A stretch of 64,000 bases of DNA from NCBI GenBank assembly GCA_964234715.1, contig OZ174280.1; one strand, given 5' to 3'. How positions within the stretch are numbered: position 1 is the stretch's first letter; every line of letters begins with the position of its first letter. The notes beneath the pieces were generated by a model. The model ran no database searches and was not told the DNA's origin. It worked only from the letters and a program-made list of their open reading frames with translations. The translations under genes and the position numbers were made by a program. This DNA comes from Podarcis melisellensis (Eukaryota). Below are positions 1 through 13,240 of the stretch, piece after piece.

Positions 1-3000
1 TCAGGTTGATAAATATGAGTGGTGTCAAACTGTTATTTAAAGCATTTGTATTTGGCCTTTTCACATTTCCTCAAGGCATCTCACAACATATTTAATACAG
101 AAGTACAATGAAAACCAAATCTAACCAAAAATAATCAGCATAATTTTTTTCCTCCTTACACTCCAGACTACAACACAATTCTTACTTCTACATTCAATGT
201 CTTTAAATAAGTGCTTCTTTGTACCCCATGTAACTTCACCTGTGAGATAAGTAGGCTGTGAATGGTTACATATAGGTCGTGGTGGTCCAACTTTCATACC
301 AAGTGGGCCGCAAGAGTACTTTGGCACAGAAAACACAGGCCGCACACTGCCTTGTTGCTTGAAGAGTGGGGAGCAGAGGGCCAAAATCGGACACACACAC
401 CCAGCCCTCACGCTGCCTTCTCAAAGCTAGCTAAGCAAGGCAGCAGGCTTTGGGGAGGAGGGTGTGAGGCTCCTTCCCAAAGCTGGGAAGGCCCTAACTA
501 GGCTTTGGGAAGAAGGCTGGACTCTAGAACCCTGTCAGAACCATCACACCTCCTTCCTCAAGCCCAGCACTTTGCTTAACCAGCTTTGGGAAGGCATCTG
601 TAGGGGGAAGGTGTCAAATGTTGCTGAGGGGGTGCCAAAAGAGGCCCTGAGGGGCACCAGAAGAGGCTTTAAGTGGCCCTTGGGTTGCATTTTGGACCAT
701 CCCTGATATAGGTCAATAAAAACAGCTTGAATTGGGTTTGGAGACTCACTGGCAGCCACTGTAATTGCCTCAGAACCAAATGCAGGAACTCTTCCCTGCC
801 TACACTCACCTGCAGCTAGGCTAAAGCATTCCACACTAGTTACAGCTTTCAAACAGCCTGAAAGGACAGACCTATATAGACCAAACATAGTCTTTGTTAT
901 TATCTGAAGTAACAAAGGCATAGATAATGGTTCTTACCATCTGGAAACAAGTACAGCCAGTGTATCATAGACGTAGTAATACTGACTGACCCAGGAACGC
1001 ACCAGCCTACATCCCTGCTCTAAGAGTCCTACAGCACAACAGGAAAACCTGCCACTCCAATTCCCATCAGCATCACCTTTAGTCTTACCCCGATTAAGCC
1101 TCAGTTCATTAATTAAGCCTCATCCATCTAACCACAACCTTCACACACTAGCTATGGAAAGAGGCAGCAATTTCTAGCTTCATGGGTAACAAAATATAAA
1201 AGCTGGGTGCCATCCATATACTGTTTATTCCCAATCCCTAAAACTCATGGTACTTCTTTGCTGCAGGTTCCTCTATTTTCAGTTCAATGCTTTAGTGTTG
1301 GACAAGAATGGAAAGAAAATAATATGGACATAGGAGTTTTGCATGGCATTCCCTCATAGAATGAACTGATGGCACCTATCCTATAATTTCTTTCGTCTAC
1401 CATGTGACTAGGTTTCAATTCGGTGGGGGCAGAGATAAGGTGACAAATTAGTGTGCTCTTGTTAGGAAGAGAGAATAAATGTAGTGAGCAAGTTATTCCA
1501 CCTTCCTTCTAAGACTACTTTGCTTATCATACCTCCATACATACAAGGAAAGTACTAGTGGAAATAAGTCCATCTAGGCAGGAATTGATTGACTGGTTTA
1601 ATAATCGCATGGTCATGGGGTCACAATTGGATCACTCCACACACCTCTGGCTTGAAGTGAGAGTGGAAGAAGACCAGGAAAGATGCAAGAGCCTACAGAG
1701 AAATCAATGGGGGTGAAGTGTGTTTAAGGTGCAGATTGTGCAGGTGTGGAAAGTATGGAAAGAGATGCTCACGAAGGGTGTATTAAAGAGATGAGCTCTA
1801 CTTGAATAACTGTCAGTACATATTTTAAATTGATGTTCCTGGAGAAGGGTTAACAAGTGCACAGAAACACCAGTCTCCAAGCTACCTATCCCTTAGGGAT
1901 TCAGTGCACCTTTTTGAATAATGTGGCATATTAAATATTATTGCTATAATAGCAATAGTGGCAGCAGCAGTAATAAGAACAATAACCACACCTTATTCTC
2001 AGAATGAAGGTTGCTTCAACTGTCATGCGATCCCTGCATGGAAAACCTTTGGTGTAAGGTAAAACACAAAAAATCCGAACACAGACGCGCGTGTGCACAC
2101 ACACACACACTGTGATCAACTGTATGTTCATGCAGTGACATTTGCATCAGAAGCAGGAAATCAACTGGACAAGCACTGGGAAGATGGCAAAGGTGTTAGA
2201 AGAACACTGAAGTAGTAAGGGACTTTTAAAAAAGCTATTCCATTCATCAGGCTTCACTGCAAAGAGCATTTGAAGAATACCCACATTTTCTCAGCACCAC
2301 AGATGAAGATCTCTGTCATGTAAAAAGTGACAATAGAGTGACTTTCAGAACCAACTGACAAAATTTACAGGCTTGACTATTATAATACACAATTTTCCTA
2401 GGAATGAAATTTCTGCATGGAGGGCTCTCTGGAGCAGGCATTTCACTCTCACTAGCATAAAAGTTTTTCGAGCTAAATAAAGTTTCCCGGGTCTTTTCTA
2501 TCTGCAAAAGGCCTGCAGATTCTCTATTACCGGGAATATTCTTCATAGAGTAGTGGTTCCCTGACCACCAGCACCCCACATGGCACAATTGAAAATTGCT
2601 GAAGGTCTTGGAGGACCACTTAATGATTTTTCTGCTGTTGTTCCAATTGTTGCACTAGATGATGTATTGTATTTTTATTGCTTGTTTTATTTCTTATATA
2701 TTGCATTCTATTGTATTCCATGGAATTCATATGGTTATACAATAAAAGAAGTAAAAGAAGCAATTAAAAATAAATATTTTTAATTTGATGGAAATGCTGT
2801 CTGCTGTCTTCAACCATAAATCCACAAACATGCTGTAGACCATCTGAATGAAGCTCACAGACCACTGGTGGTCTATGGACCATAGTTTTGGAACCCCTGT
2901 CTTGGAGAATAAAGGCACCATTTGGAGTTAATGCTCCAAGTATTGAATTGTATACAAAGGGAAGAGATGGTTCCTAGAAGGTGGAAGATGATGAAGGACT

Positions 3001-4489
3001 CACCAGACCTAGGCTATGTGGGGAGTAATTGAAATGATATGACACTCACACATAGTGTGACACACCTTGTCAGATCATGTCCTGCTCCACGAGCCTTCAC
3101 TTTGTGAAGAATGACTATTGGTTTCCAAGACCAGGACCTTTATCCCAGTTGCCACTGAAACTAAGGAACGACCTTCCAGCTGAAGTTAGAGGATGTTCCT
3201 CCTTTTGTCTTCAGTAAGAGAGGAAAAATACATCCGCTTTGTAAAACACTCTGAGCAAAGGAAAAGGGGCATCTAAATCACTTTAATCAAATTAATCAGG
3301 GAATGCAAATTATTGCTCCATTTCATCTATGCCTTTCTCTTAAGTAGAGAAAATAAACTTTCCAGTTAGGATTAGCCCTCTATTGCACTGTTGTGAAAGA
3401 ACAAAGAATGTCCAGAAATAGCTCAAATTTGGGGTGCATTCAAAACATCTGCCCCAGCCCCTCCAGAATATACACGAGATACAGCTAATGCAATCTGAAA
3501 CTCTCATCCCTCTTGTGTCCCTTGTCAGGGATGCACTCTCCCCTCCATCCCAGTTTGAAATCGAACAACTCAATGAAGATACTGCAGTGAATAGTCTTCA
3601 CCCTCCCACTGGACCACTCAGGATGGAAAAGGCTGCAGTTTGTCACATGAAGCAGATCAAACTCACCATCAACCTGGCAAGTGTGACAACCTGGAGGGCA
3701 ATCTTACCTTTAGTTTTACAAGGAGTTTAATACCTCACTCAGAAGGAGGAACCTGAGCAGAGGGAATTCTACCAGGGAATTTCTCCCCCCTTCTGTCCTA
3801 TTGGTTCAAGCATTCAGGAGCTTGCTGACCTTTGGGGCAGGTTGCAAGTCTTATCTGTTTACTCAGGTTGCTGGCTTGAGGGAGGTGCCCAAATTTTCAT
3901 TTGTTATTCCAGAAGTCACTTTGAGTCAACTTACAAAGTTAATTATTAACTGCTGTGGGCTTGCTCCAAAACTGTAAAGAGGCACCATTAACCAGAATCA
4001 GTCCATGAAGCAAAGCTGCAAGACCCTTGGTCCTCCCTAACAAAATCCAGACTGTCTAACCTTCTTCACGCTGGACAGAGATTCTAGTCCATCAATATAG
4101 CACAGTTAGTTGCAAAGTTCTTCCAACATTCGCCTGAAAGAATCTTGTGCAAAACCTAATATAATACTGGCAGCACAACATGGAAAAGCCATTGGTGAGG
4201 TATTCCACTAAATTATAGTGGAGTAGTTAAGATAAAGCCTTGTTATCATAGCAAAACCATGGCCTCTGCAACCTGTATTTCACTGATGTACATTGCTACT
4301 AGTATTTTGTGCTTTGTCTAACCAACGGAATGGGTGTTCCAACATGCAAGTAGCAATGAAAATCAACATAGAAACTCAGGCAGCAGTACCAGGAGAATGA
4401 GAAAGAATGGAGTTGATGCCCACTCACTAGGAGACAAGCATCACGCTAATTTCCCTTTGCTGTTCATCAGCCTGCAATGTGCTCTGAAT

Positions 4490-4830
4490 GAGAGCCTGTA
4501 ATTAATTGCTCATCTGCATCCCCCATCTGAACTCCCTTCCCCACCAACCCCCACCACTACACCGTGCATCCAGCTTGATACACGTTGGCTGGCATTTTCA
4601 AAATCGGAGGCATTCTAATTACCGGAGAGTTATAACACCTTCCATTTCGCGCCCGTCGGACTGACACCCTGTCAAGAGCAAAGAGACTTGCCAGAGGTTT
4701 TGACAACACTAATTGCCCCTATAATCTAAAAACACAAAGGAGAGGCGATTAGTCGTGAGGGCCGCAGCTCTCGATCCGACATGAGGTTTTCACAACGTTA
4801 CAAGAAAACAAAAGCAGTGCCTTTTAGAGT
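4490..4830. promoter_or_regulatory. Candidate intronic enhancer / conserved non-coding element
   Basis: Non-repetitive, about 14 CpGs in 4560-4800 against a CpG-poor background; several TAAT cores, TGACA inverted pair, TTTCGCGC. Confidence 0.5.
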
Positions 4831-7800
4831 GTGATGGCTGCTAACAAAGCAGAATTATATTTTCATACAAACCTTTGTCTACATCAAATCGCTTTCCCCT
4901 TTCTCTTAAAATGCTAAGCTGACACAGAGAATGGTGGGGGCTCCTTAGGAAGAGGGGCAGGAAAGAAGATAAAAGATACATGAGCAATGGTTCTTACAAG
5001 ATGGGAGTATTCTTAGGACTCAAGGCCTCCAGATTTCTTGTTTCCTGGTTTAAGATGAGATGGTGAAAAAAGTAGCCCCATCATTTCCAGGGCTGGGTTC
5101 TACCATCTTATCATCTACCTCCCTCAAGATCTTCTACCCAATATTATAAGAATTGTCAACACAGTAGCTGCATCTCATTACAGAAAACATTTGCCCTAAT
5201 CAAATGCTGAAAAGTGGTTTAATATATCAGCCCTGCAAAGTTATAAGCTAAACACATGTACTCTGCTTATTGACACAAGCAATGATGCAAAACTCCGTCC
5301 AGCGCTAACAGGAAATTACCATTGTTAAAAATGAGGTTTCAAATCATAATGCTTCCTCGTTGTATCTCCTCTCTTAGTGTACACCTATTGTCTGGAGATT
5401 TAAACAAGACAGACTGACCGTTCAACAAGTTTATAGCTCATCTTGTGCAACAGCAGCACCAGTCCTGACAACACAGTTTATGTGTTTGTATTCAAGTTGT
5501 TTATTAAACCTGGGGGGGGGGGGCAAAAAACAAGAAAGCATGCTAAGATCCTGATAATGGAAACAATCCAGAATTTAAAATCTGTTGAAGCAACCCCCCA
5601 ATACTAACACAGACCAATAGGCTCCATAACTTTAGATAGCCATAACTGCCCTATGCAGCTATTTTGCTTTTCCCTTCTAGCTCGAGCAGTGTGAACAAAG
5701 ATAAATAAGTTACCTATAGGCTAAGAGCAGGGGCTTCAATTAAGGGGCAAAAGGCTTCAGTCCATTTCTTGGTGACTCCAAAATCAACTTTTCCATCAAA
5801 ATGGAAGCTAAGCCTGCTCACCCTAAATATCTTTAGTAGCAACACCTTAAGCTACAGCATGCAGGATGGCATATCTGAAGATAATGGAAGCGTGAGAGGC
5901 CTGTTTTAATGGCTCACACAGCCACAGTAACATGACAGCAATTTTGACATGATCTGAACATACAACATGAAAGCTTGAATTTGTTTCTACTGTTAAACAC
6001 ATGGATTCTTTCAATATACCATATCAGACTCTGGGAGGATGACAAAGCTCCCAAAGCATTAGGCCATCTGGGCAGAAGATACTTTAATTTGGGGCATAAG
6101 CTTTCAAATATTTAATAGGAATCATACAATCAACAAACATTATAGGGAACTCATGTTAAAAGGAAAGATCAACCACTTTAGCATCAACCAGTTAGTTCTG
6201 GACTTTGCACACTGCAAGCTCAACAAGAAAGAAATATTAAAATAATGTTCTGGTGCAAATGAAAGTTGAACTAGTACAGAAACTTCAACTAACTCCTTGT
6301 CCCAAGCCTGCTTTTTTACTTTCATAAGAACTGTAGACTCTTCTCCGTTCTCTGAATATTAGCACTCCCAACAACAGAAGCATTGTGTCTGTAGACAGAG
6401 AGGCTGAATTTCTCTCTCCAAGAATGGTTTGTGGGTGTGCGTGTGTCATAGCTGGCATCTGGCAGACAGTGAGCTAAGGCAGGCAGTGACTCACTTGTTG
6501 GCCAGTTGCCATTCCACAAAACTGCTTACTAACAGCGCTGGCTTCCTAACAAAGCTTTGACAATGCATCTGAAGAGATGCTTTTCCAGGATGCCTTACTT
6601 AAATGGAATCCCACCATACCAGAGTTAGGAGTGAAATGCAAAAGGATCGCCAGTGTGTGGTGGAAAGTGTGTTTCCTGATGAAAGCTCACCACATTCAGT
6701 GACGTTAGTTGTGATTTCAAAACAGATAAGTAAAAAGCAGAACTTGGCAGAACAGATTCTTAAGATAAGACTGCAGTACCAAAGAAGCAATATGGCAAGA
6801 AGGAACCAACCATCTAAATCAGGGTAAGAGTCATTAATGAAGCATAACACAAGACTTCAGCTGAAGGCTGTGTTAGATGAAATCTCCTATTGCTTGAAGC
6901 TGGATAAAGTATCCCAAGAGTCAAAGAGGTTACAGCATTCTTCAAGGTAGAAGGCAATTCCTTACCTAGTATATCAATTTGTCTTTGAGGAACAGAGGGA
7001 GAAAGGATCACATGACTGAATGAGCATGACTGGAATACTGAACGCTACAGCTCATATTTTGGTTTGATGCAATGTTTGAAATCTTGTTTTGCTGTGTAAA
7101 ACAACAGATAAATATTCTGTGCCATTGTAAAACAACAGCTATTATGTGAAGATATCTGGATAGAGCAAGCGAGCTGCAACAGATGCAAAGAAACCAGGTG
7201 TAGTCAGAAGAGCAAGTTCAGGGATGGAACAGCTCACGCACAGCTAAAACGTACTCCATACACCTACCTGGAGTTGCCATGTGGTGCCCATTGCTACAAT
7301 GACACTGCCGAAGTCTTCCCCAGTGCCTGCAAAGCCTCTGACATGGCAAAATAATGTGAGTTCAAAGCACGGTTCTTCCTAATTTTTACTAGGGTTTCCC
7401 TCAAAACGAGGACCCATGCTTTGGATCAATGTTTATGTAGTGCTTGCAAGTACCAGATCTGTGATACTGTGCAGCTTACCAATGTAAGATTTAATTATAC
7501 AGTGATATATTATTTTTGAGGGGGGGAACCCCCAAGGAAAATGACACAAATTCAAGAGGATCACTTAATTTTACTGGATCTGATTTTTATCCAGACCTCA
7601 TGGTAAAGCAAATAATGGGCAGTAGTCAATATTTGCACAATGGGAAATCTAAAGGTTGGAAGAACCCTTAGATTTTGGGGGGAGGGGAGGGGAGAATGGC
7701 CCATTACACAAAGAAAAACTTTGCACTGACAAAACATTCTCTTGAATACAACCCAAAGCACGTTTGTGTTTGTGTGCACATGCACTCTATTGGGGGGCGG

Positions 7801-8230
7801 GGAAAGGTGACCTGGAGGAGAGAAGCAGCCAGACAAATTGGTGCCCATGCAATTCTCTCAAGAACCTAAATAAGTCCCCTGTCCCCAAAAGGTTGGTGAC
7901 CCCCTCTAATAAAATGTTGTAATGGGTACATACCAATCTACACTCCACACATGAACAGGTTTTGGACTGATTTTCTAAATCTGCATAAGGTTAACAAGCA
8001 ATCTAGTACCAGTCCCATTCATAATTTATTCCATTGGCCTACCCTGGTATCTGCCTACAGCTTTAGTTCCAACATCACACCTACACAGTTGTACAGAACC
8101 TGATTATAAACTTCTGTAATTTGAAGCAAGATGCATAAAACATTATTAACAATTCTTGGGAAAGAACTTTCCTCAAGGAAATGGGTTCAGATGAAACCAC
8201 ATGTTATCACTCCAAATAGAGTATGATATA

Positions 8231-8448
8231 CAGTGGGACCTCGGGTTAAGTACTTAATTCGTTCCGGAGGTCCGTTCTTAACCTGAAACTGTTCTTAACC
8301 TGAAGCACCACTTTAGCTAATGGGGCCTCCTTCTGCTGCCGTACCGCCAGAGCACGATTTCTGTTCTCATCCTGAAGCAAACCTGAAGCACTATTTCTGG
8401 GTTAGCAGAGTCTGTAACCTGAAGCGCATATAACCTGAGGTACCACTG
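8231..8448. mobile_element. Non-autonomous Tc1/mariner (Tigger/pogo-like) MITE, family A, copy 1
   Basis: TA|cagtgggacctc ... gaggtaccactg|TA terminal inverted repeats with TA duplication; closely similar to copies at 9907, 11645 and 43042. Confidence 0.9.
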
Positions 8449-8845
8449 TACACATGTATGTTATGTCTCTTGCAACCCATAGAGCTGTAAGATTCAATGA
8501 AAAGGGATGAAGAGAACACTTAAGAATGTACATTAACATTCCTTGATGGTAAACAAACTAGGAACAAGGTCATGTCTGATGCTTTATTTACCCTAACGGC
8601 CTTCTAAGGTTGCATCTGCCTTTGCTGATCTCAGACCTAAGGCTAGTGTAGGTCAGGCTGTGCATCAGACCTGTACCAAGTTTTCCTATCATCCTGGTAT
8701 AAGCGACTCCTATCCTACATGCAGCGGCACTTTAGACTGAGGACAGTGCTGCCACACAGTATCTGTTCAAAACGAGCTCAAATTTTCTTGAAACCAATCA
8801 CATAAAGCAAGAGCAAGTAGTGGTGAAATGCTCAAGCGGGACAGA

Positions 8846-9113
8846 GGCTTGGTTCACATGTCACATTAATGTTCAATGGCGCGTGCTGCTCAAAAGACAA
8901 CACTTCACTCCTCCCAGCTACTTTCTTCAGTGTGCCACGGAAGCAACAAACCAGAGCCTGGCTAGCTTTCATGTGTGAACAAGGGCTCATGGTTTGTTTC
9001 TCTCTTGACAAACCATGATGGTAAGCCAATGAGACTTTTTCACCCGCATGTTGCTTGTTCATTTTAAACCAGTGTAATTTAAACTATGGCTTAAAGTGAT
9101 GTGCAAACCAGTT
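8846..9113. repeat. Old fold-back element related to 32644-33008
   Basis: ggcttggttcacatgtcacattaa ... ttaaagtgatgtgcaaacca; shares ttgcttgttcat..taaa.cca with the 32.9-kb copy; inner 11-bp hairpin 8987-9018. Confidence 0.65.
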
Positions 9114-9676
9114 CAGAGTGTAGCACATAGGAAAAAAATTCTGTCAGTAAGAGTGCAAGAGAACTAACTGCAGTAAGACCAAGTGGGGGGAAATCAGCTA
9201 CACAGCAGACACACAGGCAGCTCTTTTTCCTCGAGTGAAGCAATGCAGAGGGGCCAGTATTGATCTGTCTTCATTACCCATTTCACTCAAGTTCAAATCA
9301 GCAAAATACACTTTTCCACACCAGTGCCCTCTCTGCCACAGCAGACAAAAGAAAAGCAATTTCCTGCAGTTTGCTCCAAACTTGCTACTCCTTCCATGTA
9401 CCATTGCCCCCCCGCTTCTGCTACAAACATGTCTTCAGATTTCCTCCACAATCTTCCTTCAGAAATGGACGGTCCTCAGGAGAACGGCAAAAGAGAATCC
9501 AATGTTGCTTTCTAATCACCAGATTTTTTTCAATAGGCATGATCTTGTTGCAAAATTAGTTTCTGATACAGAATCAAGAAGATCTCTGAAATCCAAAACC
9601 ATTCCAACTATAGACCTTTTGAAAAGTATTTAGTCCATATGGTTGGAAATAAAACGTGGCCCAGCATAGAGCAAAT

Positions 9677-9904
9677 GCAGCATAGTGGTTAGAGTGCCAG
9701 ACTAACACTGCATTGATCCAAGTTCAAATTCCCAGTCATGTGACTTACTTGGTGACATTTAGGCCAATCACGTTCTCTTAGTTTAATCTATTTAACAGCA
9801 CTGTTGTGAGGATAATATGGGGCAGGGAGAGTGGGGAGAAGAGAGAGGAAAATCCTTGCAAGACACCCCAATCTCTTTGGAGGAAAGGCAGGATTGAAAT
9901 GTAA
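9677..9904 (+). mobile_element. Older, diverged copy of the Squam3/MIR-like SINE
   Basis: gcatagtggttagagtg ... agttcaaattcc ... ggtgacatttaggccaatcac ... gttgtgaggataa; collinear with the 12996 copy. Confidence 0.65.
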
Positions 9905-9906
9905 TA

Positions 9907-10132
9907 CAGTGGTACCTCGGGTTACATACGCTTCAGGTTACACACTCTGCTAACCCAGAAATAGTACCTTGGGTTAAGAACTTTGCTTCAGGATGAGAAC
10001 AGAAATCATGCTCCAGTGGCGCGGTGGCAGCGGAAGGCCCCATTAGCTAAAGTGGTGCCTCAGGTTAAGAACAGTTTCGGGTTAAGAACGGACCTCCCGA
10101 ACGAATTAAGTATGTAACCAGAGGTACCACTG
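9907..10132. mobile_element. Tigger-like MITE family A, copy 2 (opposite orientation to copy 1)
   Basis: TA|cagtggtacctc ... gaggtaccactg|TA; interior is the reverse complement of copies 1 and 3. Confidence 0.92.
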
Positions 10133-10134
10133 TA

Positions 10135-10351
10135 CAGTGGAACCTCATGTTATGGATGGGATCCGTTCCGGAGGCCTGTCCGTAACATGGAACTGATGCA
10201 AAACCGAAGCACCGCGTCTGCACACGGGCAATTTAGCGCTTCTGTGTGAGTGGCGAAACCCGGAAGTAACCCATTCCGGTACTTCCGGGTTGCCACAGGA
10301 CGCAACAAGGAAACACGTAACCTGAAGCAGATGCAACATGAGGTATGACTG
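10135..10351. mobile_element. Tigger-like MITE family B, abutting family A copy 2
   Basis: TA|cagtggaacctcatgtt ... aacatgaggtatgactg|TA; CpG-rich interior differs from family A. Confidence 0.85.
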
Positions 10352-10599
10352 TAAGTAAGAAAATATATAAACAAACAAATAAAAAGTGGCAGCAAATTTT
10401 CAGGGCTACAGCACTCAAAATGAAATCCTAACACAGAAGAAACTTGGGGGGGGGGGGGAAGCAGCTGAGGAAACCACCACTTAAATAATCAATACTGGCA
10501 ATTTCACACCTATGTATTATGCTGCAGGAAGCTTACTAGGAACCTGGGGCCAATTTAGCATTTCACTGCAAACATACAGCACAATATTATTACCGTACT

Positions 10600-10960
10600 A
10601 TTATTCAAACAATTAATTACCTGCCCTTCACCCTAAGGTCCCTCGGCAGGTACAAGGATTATAACCCAACGTTATTATTAAAACACAATTATTACACAAT
10701 ATTGAATAGAGTTTAAAAAAACATAAAATTATAGAAAGAAGGTGGGTCCCAAAATACACATCTCAAGTGTCAAAAGCCAGGGTAAACAGTATTCAGCCTT
10801 TGCTGAAGGTGTCAAAAGCACCTCTGTGGGGAGCCCCACAACTTAGGGGCTGCCACAGAGGATGCCCTCTCCCAGACTGCCACCGTCCAATATCTGAGGG
10901 CGCTGAACATTCAAAAGGGCCCCCTCTGGCACCAACTATATATGGTAGGTGATGTAAGAA
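10600..10960 (-). mobile_element. Degenerate L2-like LINE 3' fragment
   Basis: Minus strand gagagggcatcctctgtggcagcccctaagttgtggggctccc encodes ERASSVAAPKLWGS (RAFSVAAP.LWNS-like); tail-like motif near 10620. Confidence 0.6.
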
Positions 10961-11644
10961 GGAAGTGGCTGACCTGGTATCACACAGTGAGCTTCATGAA
11001 TGACTATTTTGTCTCCTAAATAAAGTAGAAATAATGGCTGATAAAGGCACCATTAGATCACCTAGGTTAAATCTGAATACGTATTGTGGTAAGACTCGAG
11101 GTAGCTAAAATCTAATTGTTTCATGTCAGCGGGACTAACACTATCTTCAAAACGCCTCTTCAGATCCACACTAATTTTGAATCTTTGTATATAACCTTTT
11201 GAAAGCCCAGCTGAAAAGTGACATTCACTTACAAATACAGAGACTGCTGCTACCAGGGCTGATCAAGAATGAATGGTCATTCAAGAACTTGAATGGCCAA
11301 GTTATTAAACCTATCATTACCTCCACACAAAGTTTCTAACGACAAGCAGCAGTTTACCTTCTTGAAATCAAATAAGTGTTCCTCTCCTGGACGGAATGTG
11401 ATATTAAAAAAGAATTTAATTACAAAAAAGGAATCAAAGGAATTTTGTTTTAAGTCATCTGATGTCACACATGCTTGGATCTAGAACTAAGAATCGCAGA
11501 TTACTTCACAATGGAACCAAGAATCAATAAGATGGTGGCAACTTTTAAACTGTTACCCTAAATTACAGCCAAAGTGATTAGGCTTAGTTCTAGCACTTCA
11601 TCAGGAAAACTGGAATTTCTCTTTAAACATTTCAAATATTGATA

Positions 11645-11880
11645 CAGTGGTACCTCTGCTTACGTACTTAATTCGTTCCGGAGGTCCATTCTTAACCTGA
11701 AACTGTTCTTAACCTGAAGAACCACTTTAGCTTATGGGGCCTCCTGCTGCGCTGCCGGAGCACGATTTCTGTTCTCATCCTGAAGCAAAGTTCTTAACCC
11801 GAGGTATTATTTCTGGGTTAGCGGAGTCTGTAACCTGAAGCATATGTAACCTGAAGCTTATGTAACCCGAGGTACCACTG
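11645..11880. mobile_element. Tigger-like MITE family A, copy 3
   Basis: TA|cagtggtacctc ... gaggtaccactg|TA. Confidence 0.92.
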
Positions 11881-11958
11881 TATCTTTATACTAGGGTGGA
11901 ATTTTCAGGAGTGACTATTGATCTGAACCTATGACTGTAGTTACCCAATTGGAAATAG

Positions 11959-11970
11959 CACACACAAACA

Positions 11971-12037
<67 letters not shown>
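11959..12037 (+). repeat. Compound (CA)n(GA)n microsatellite
   Basis: Directly visible. Confidence 0.97.
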
Positions 12038-12040
<3 letters not shown>

Positions 12041-12995
12041 ATATGAATGGGAAAACAGTTAGGACACAGCTGAAAGTAATGCCATATAGAAGAAAGGCTC
12101 ATGACTTCACTTGACTGAGAAGTTGCCATCACTAAAATGATTTGTATTTGGCTTCAAAATTTTAAAATAATCAAGGGAATTGCAATGACAGCTCTTAAAT
12201 AGTCATACATCCAACATGCAATACATTTCATGGATTATGATTACTTTGATGCCTATTTAGGGTATGTTTGATTACTGTTTTATAATAAATACATGATTTT
12301 TATTGTAATGTATTGTTTTTTCAGATTTTATATTATGCTCTATGTCTTAACATTTTTTAAGTCACTTGCAGACTTTGTGATGTGGCAAATATTATTTTAT
12401 TCAGTTTATAGAATAACAACAACAACAATTCAGAAACCTCGCTACCAAAAAGTGTGGTCATAAATCAGCAGGCTTTGCATGGCCGCAAATCACCTGTGAG
12501 AAAAATGCCTTAACATCCATGTTTGTTCCAAATGACACAGAAACAACCAAACAACATTAAGGTATATTGTCTGAAATCACATCTCAGCAGCACACCTGAA
12601 AATGAATACAAGATGATCTGCCAGGTGAAGTTGAATGGAAGAAATGCTGCTGGTCCAGAGTTTGGACAAGATGATCCTTAGGTTCCTTGAAGCTCTACAG
12701 TTCCATGCACACTATTATTTTTGATTGATCTCTTCTAGCAAAACATTTATGCGCAAATTCAGAATGTTGCATGGTCAATGGAACTTTACATTTTTAAAAG
12801 AGTTTGCACTTCACAGATTATTCATGCACAGCTGAGAGAATGTTCGTTAAAAATTCTACACCAATGGCATCATACACCGTATCTCATACTACTTCTGATA
12901 TATCTGCCAACTTTTGGAGAGGTTGTGGGGGGGGAAAGAGATTTTTCCCCCCTTCTCTGGCGGGAATGCCCACAGGTGTTGTTTTTTTAAAAATC

Positions 12996-13209
12996 GGTGT
13001 AGTGATTAGGGTGTCAGTCTAGGACCTAGGAGACCAGGGTTCAAATCCCTACTTGGCCATGATGAAGCTCACTGGGTGACCTTGGGCCAGTCAATGCCTC
13101 TCCGCCTAATGTACCTCACAGGTTTCTTGGGGGGGATGAAATGAAGAAGAGAAAGCTCCTTGCAAAAAGAAAAAAGGTGGTATATAAATGAATAATAATA
13201 ATGATGATG

Positions 13210-13240
<31 letters not shown>
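12996..13240 (+). mobile_element. tRNA-derived SINE (Squam3/MIR-like) with (AAT)n tail
   Basis: ggtgtagtgattag A box, ggttcaaatcc B box, core tgggtgaccttgggccagtca, then tacctcacagg and a microsatellite tail. Confidence 0.8.

Noticed and set aside
2291-2311. REST/NRSF site tcagcaccacagatg
   Set aside because: Only the left half-site matches.
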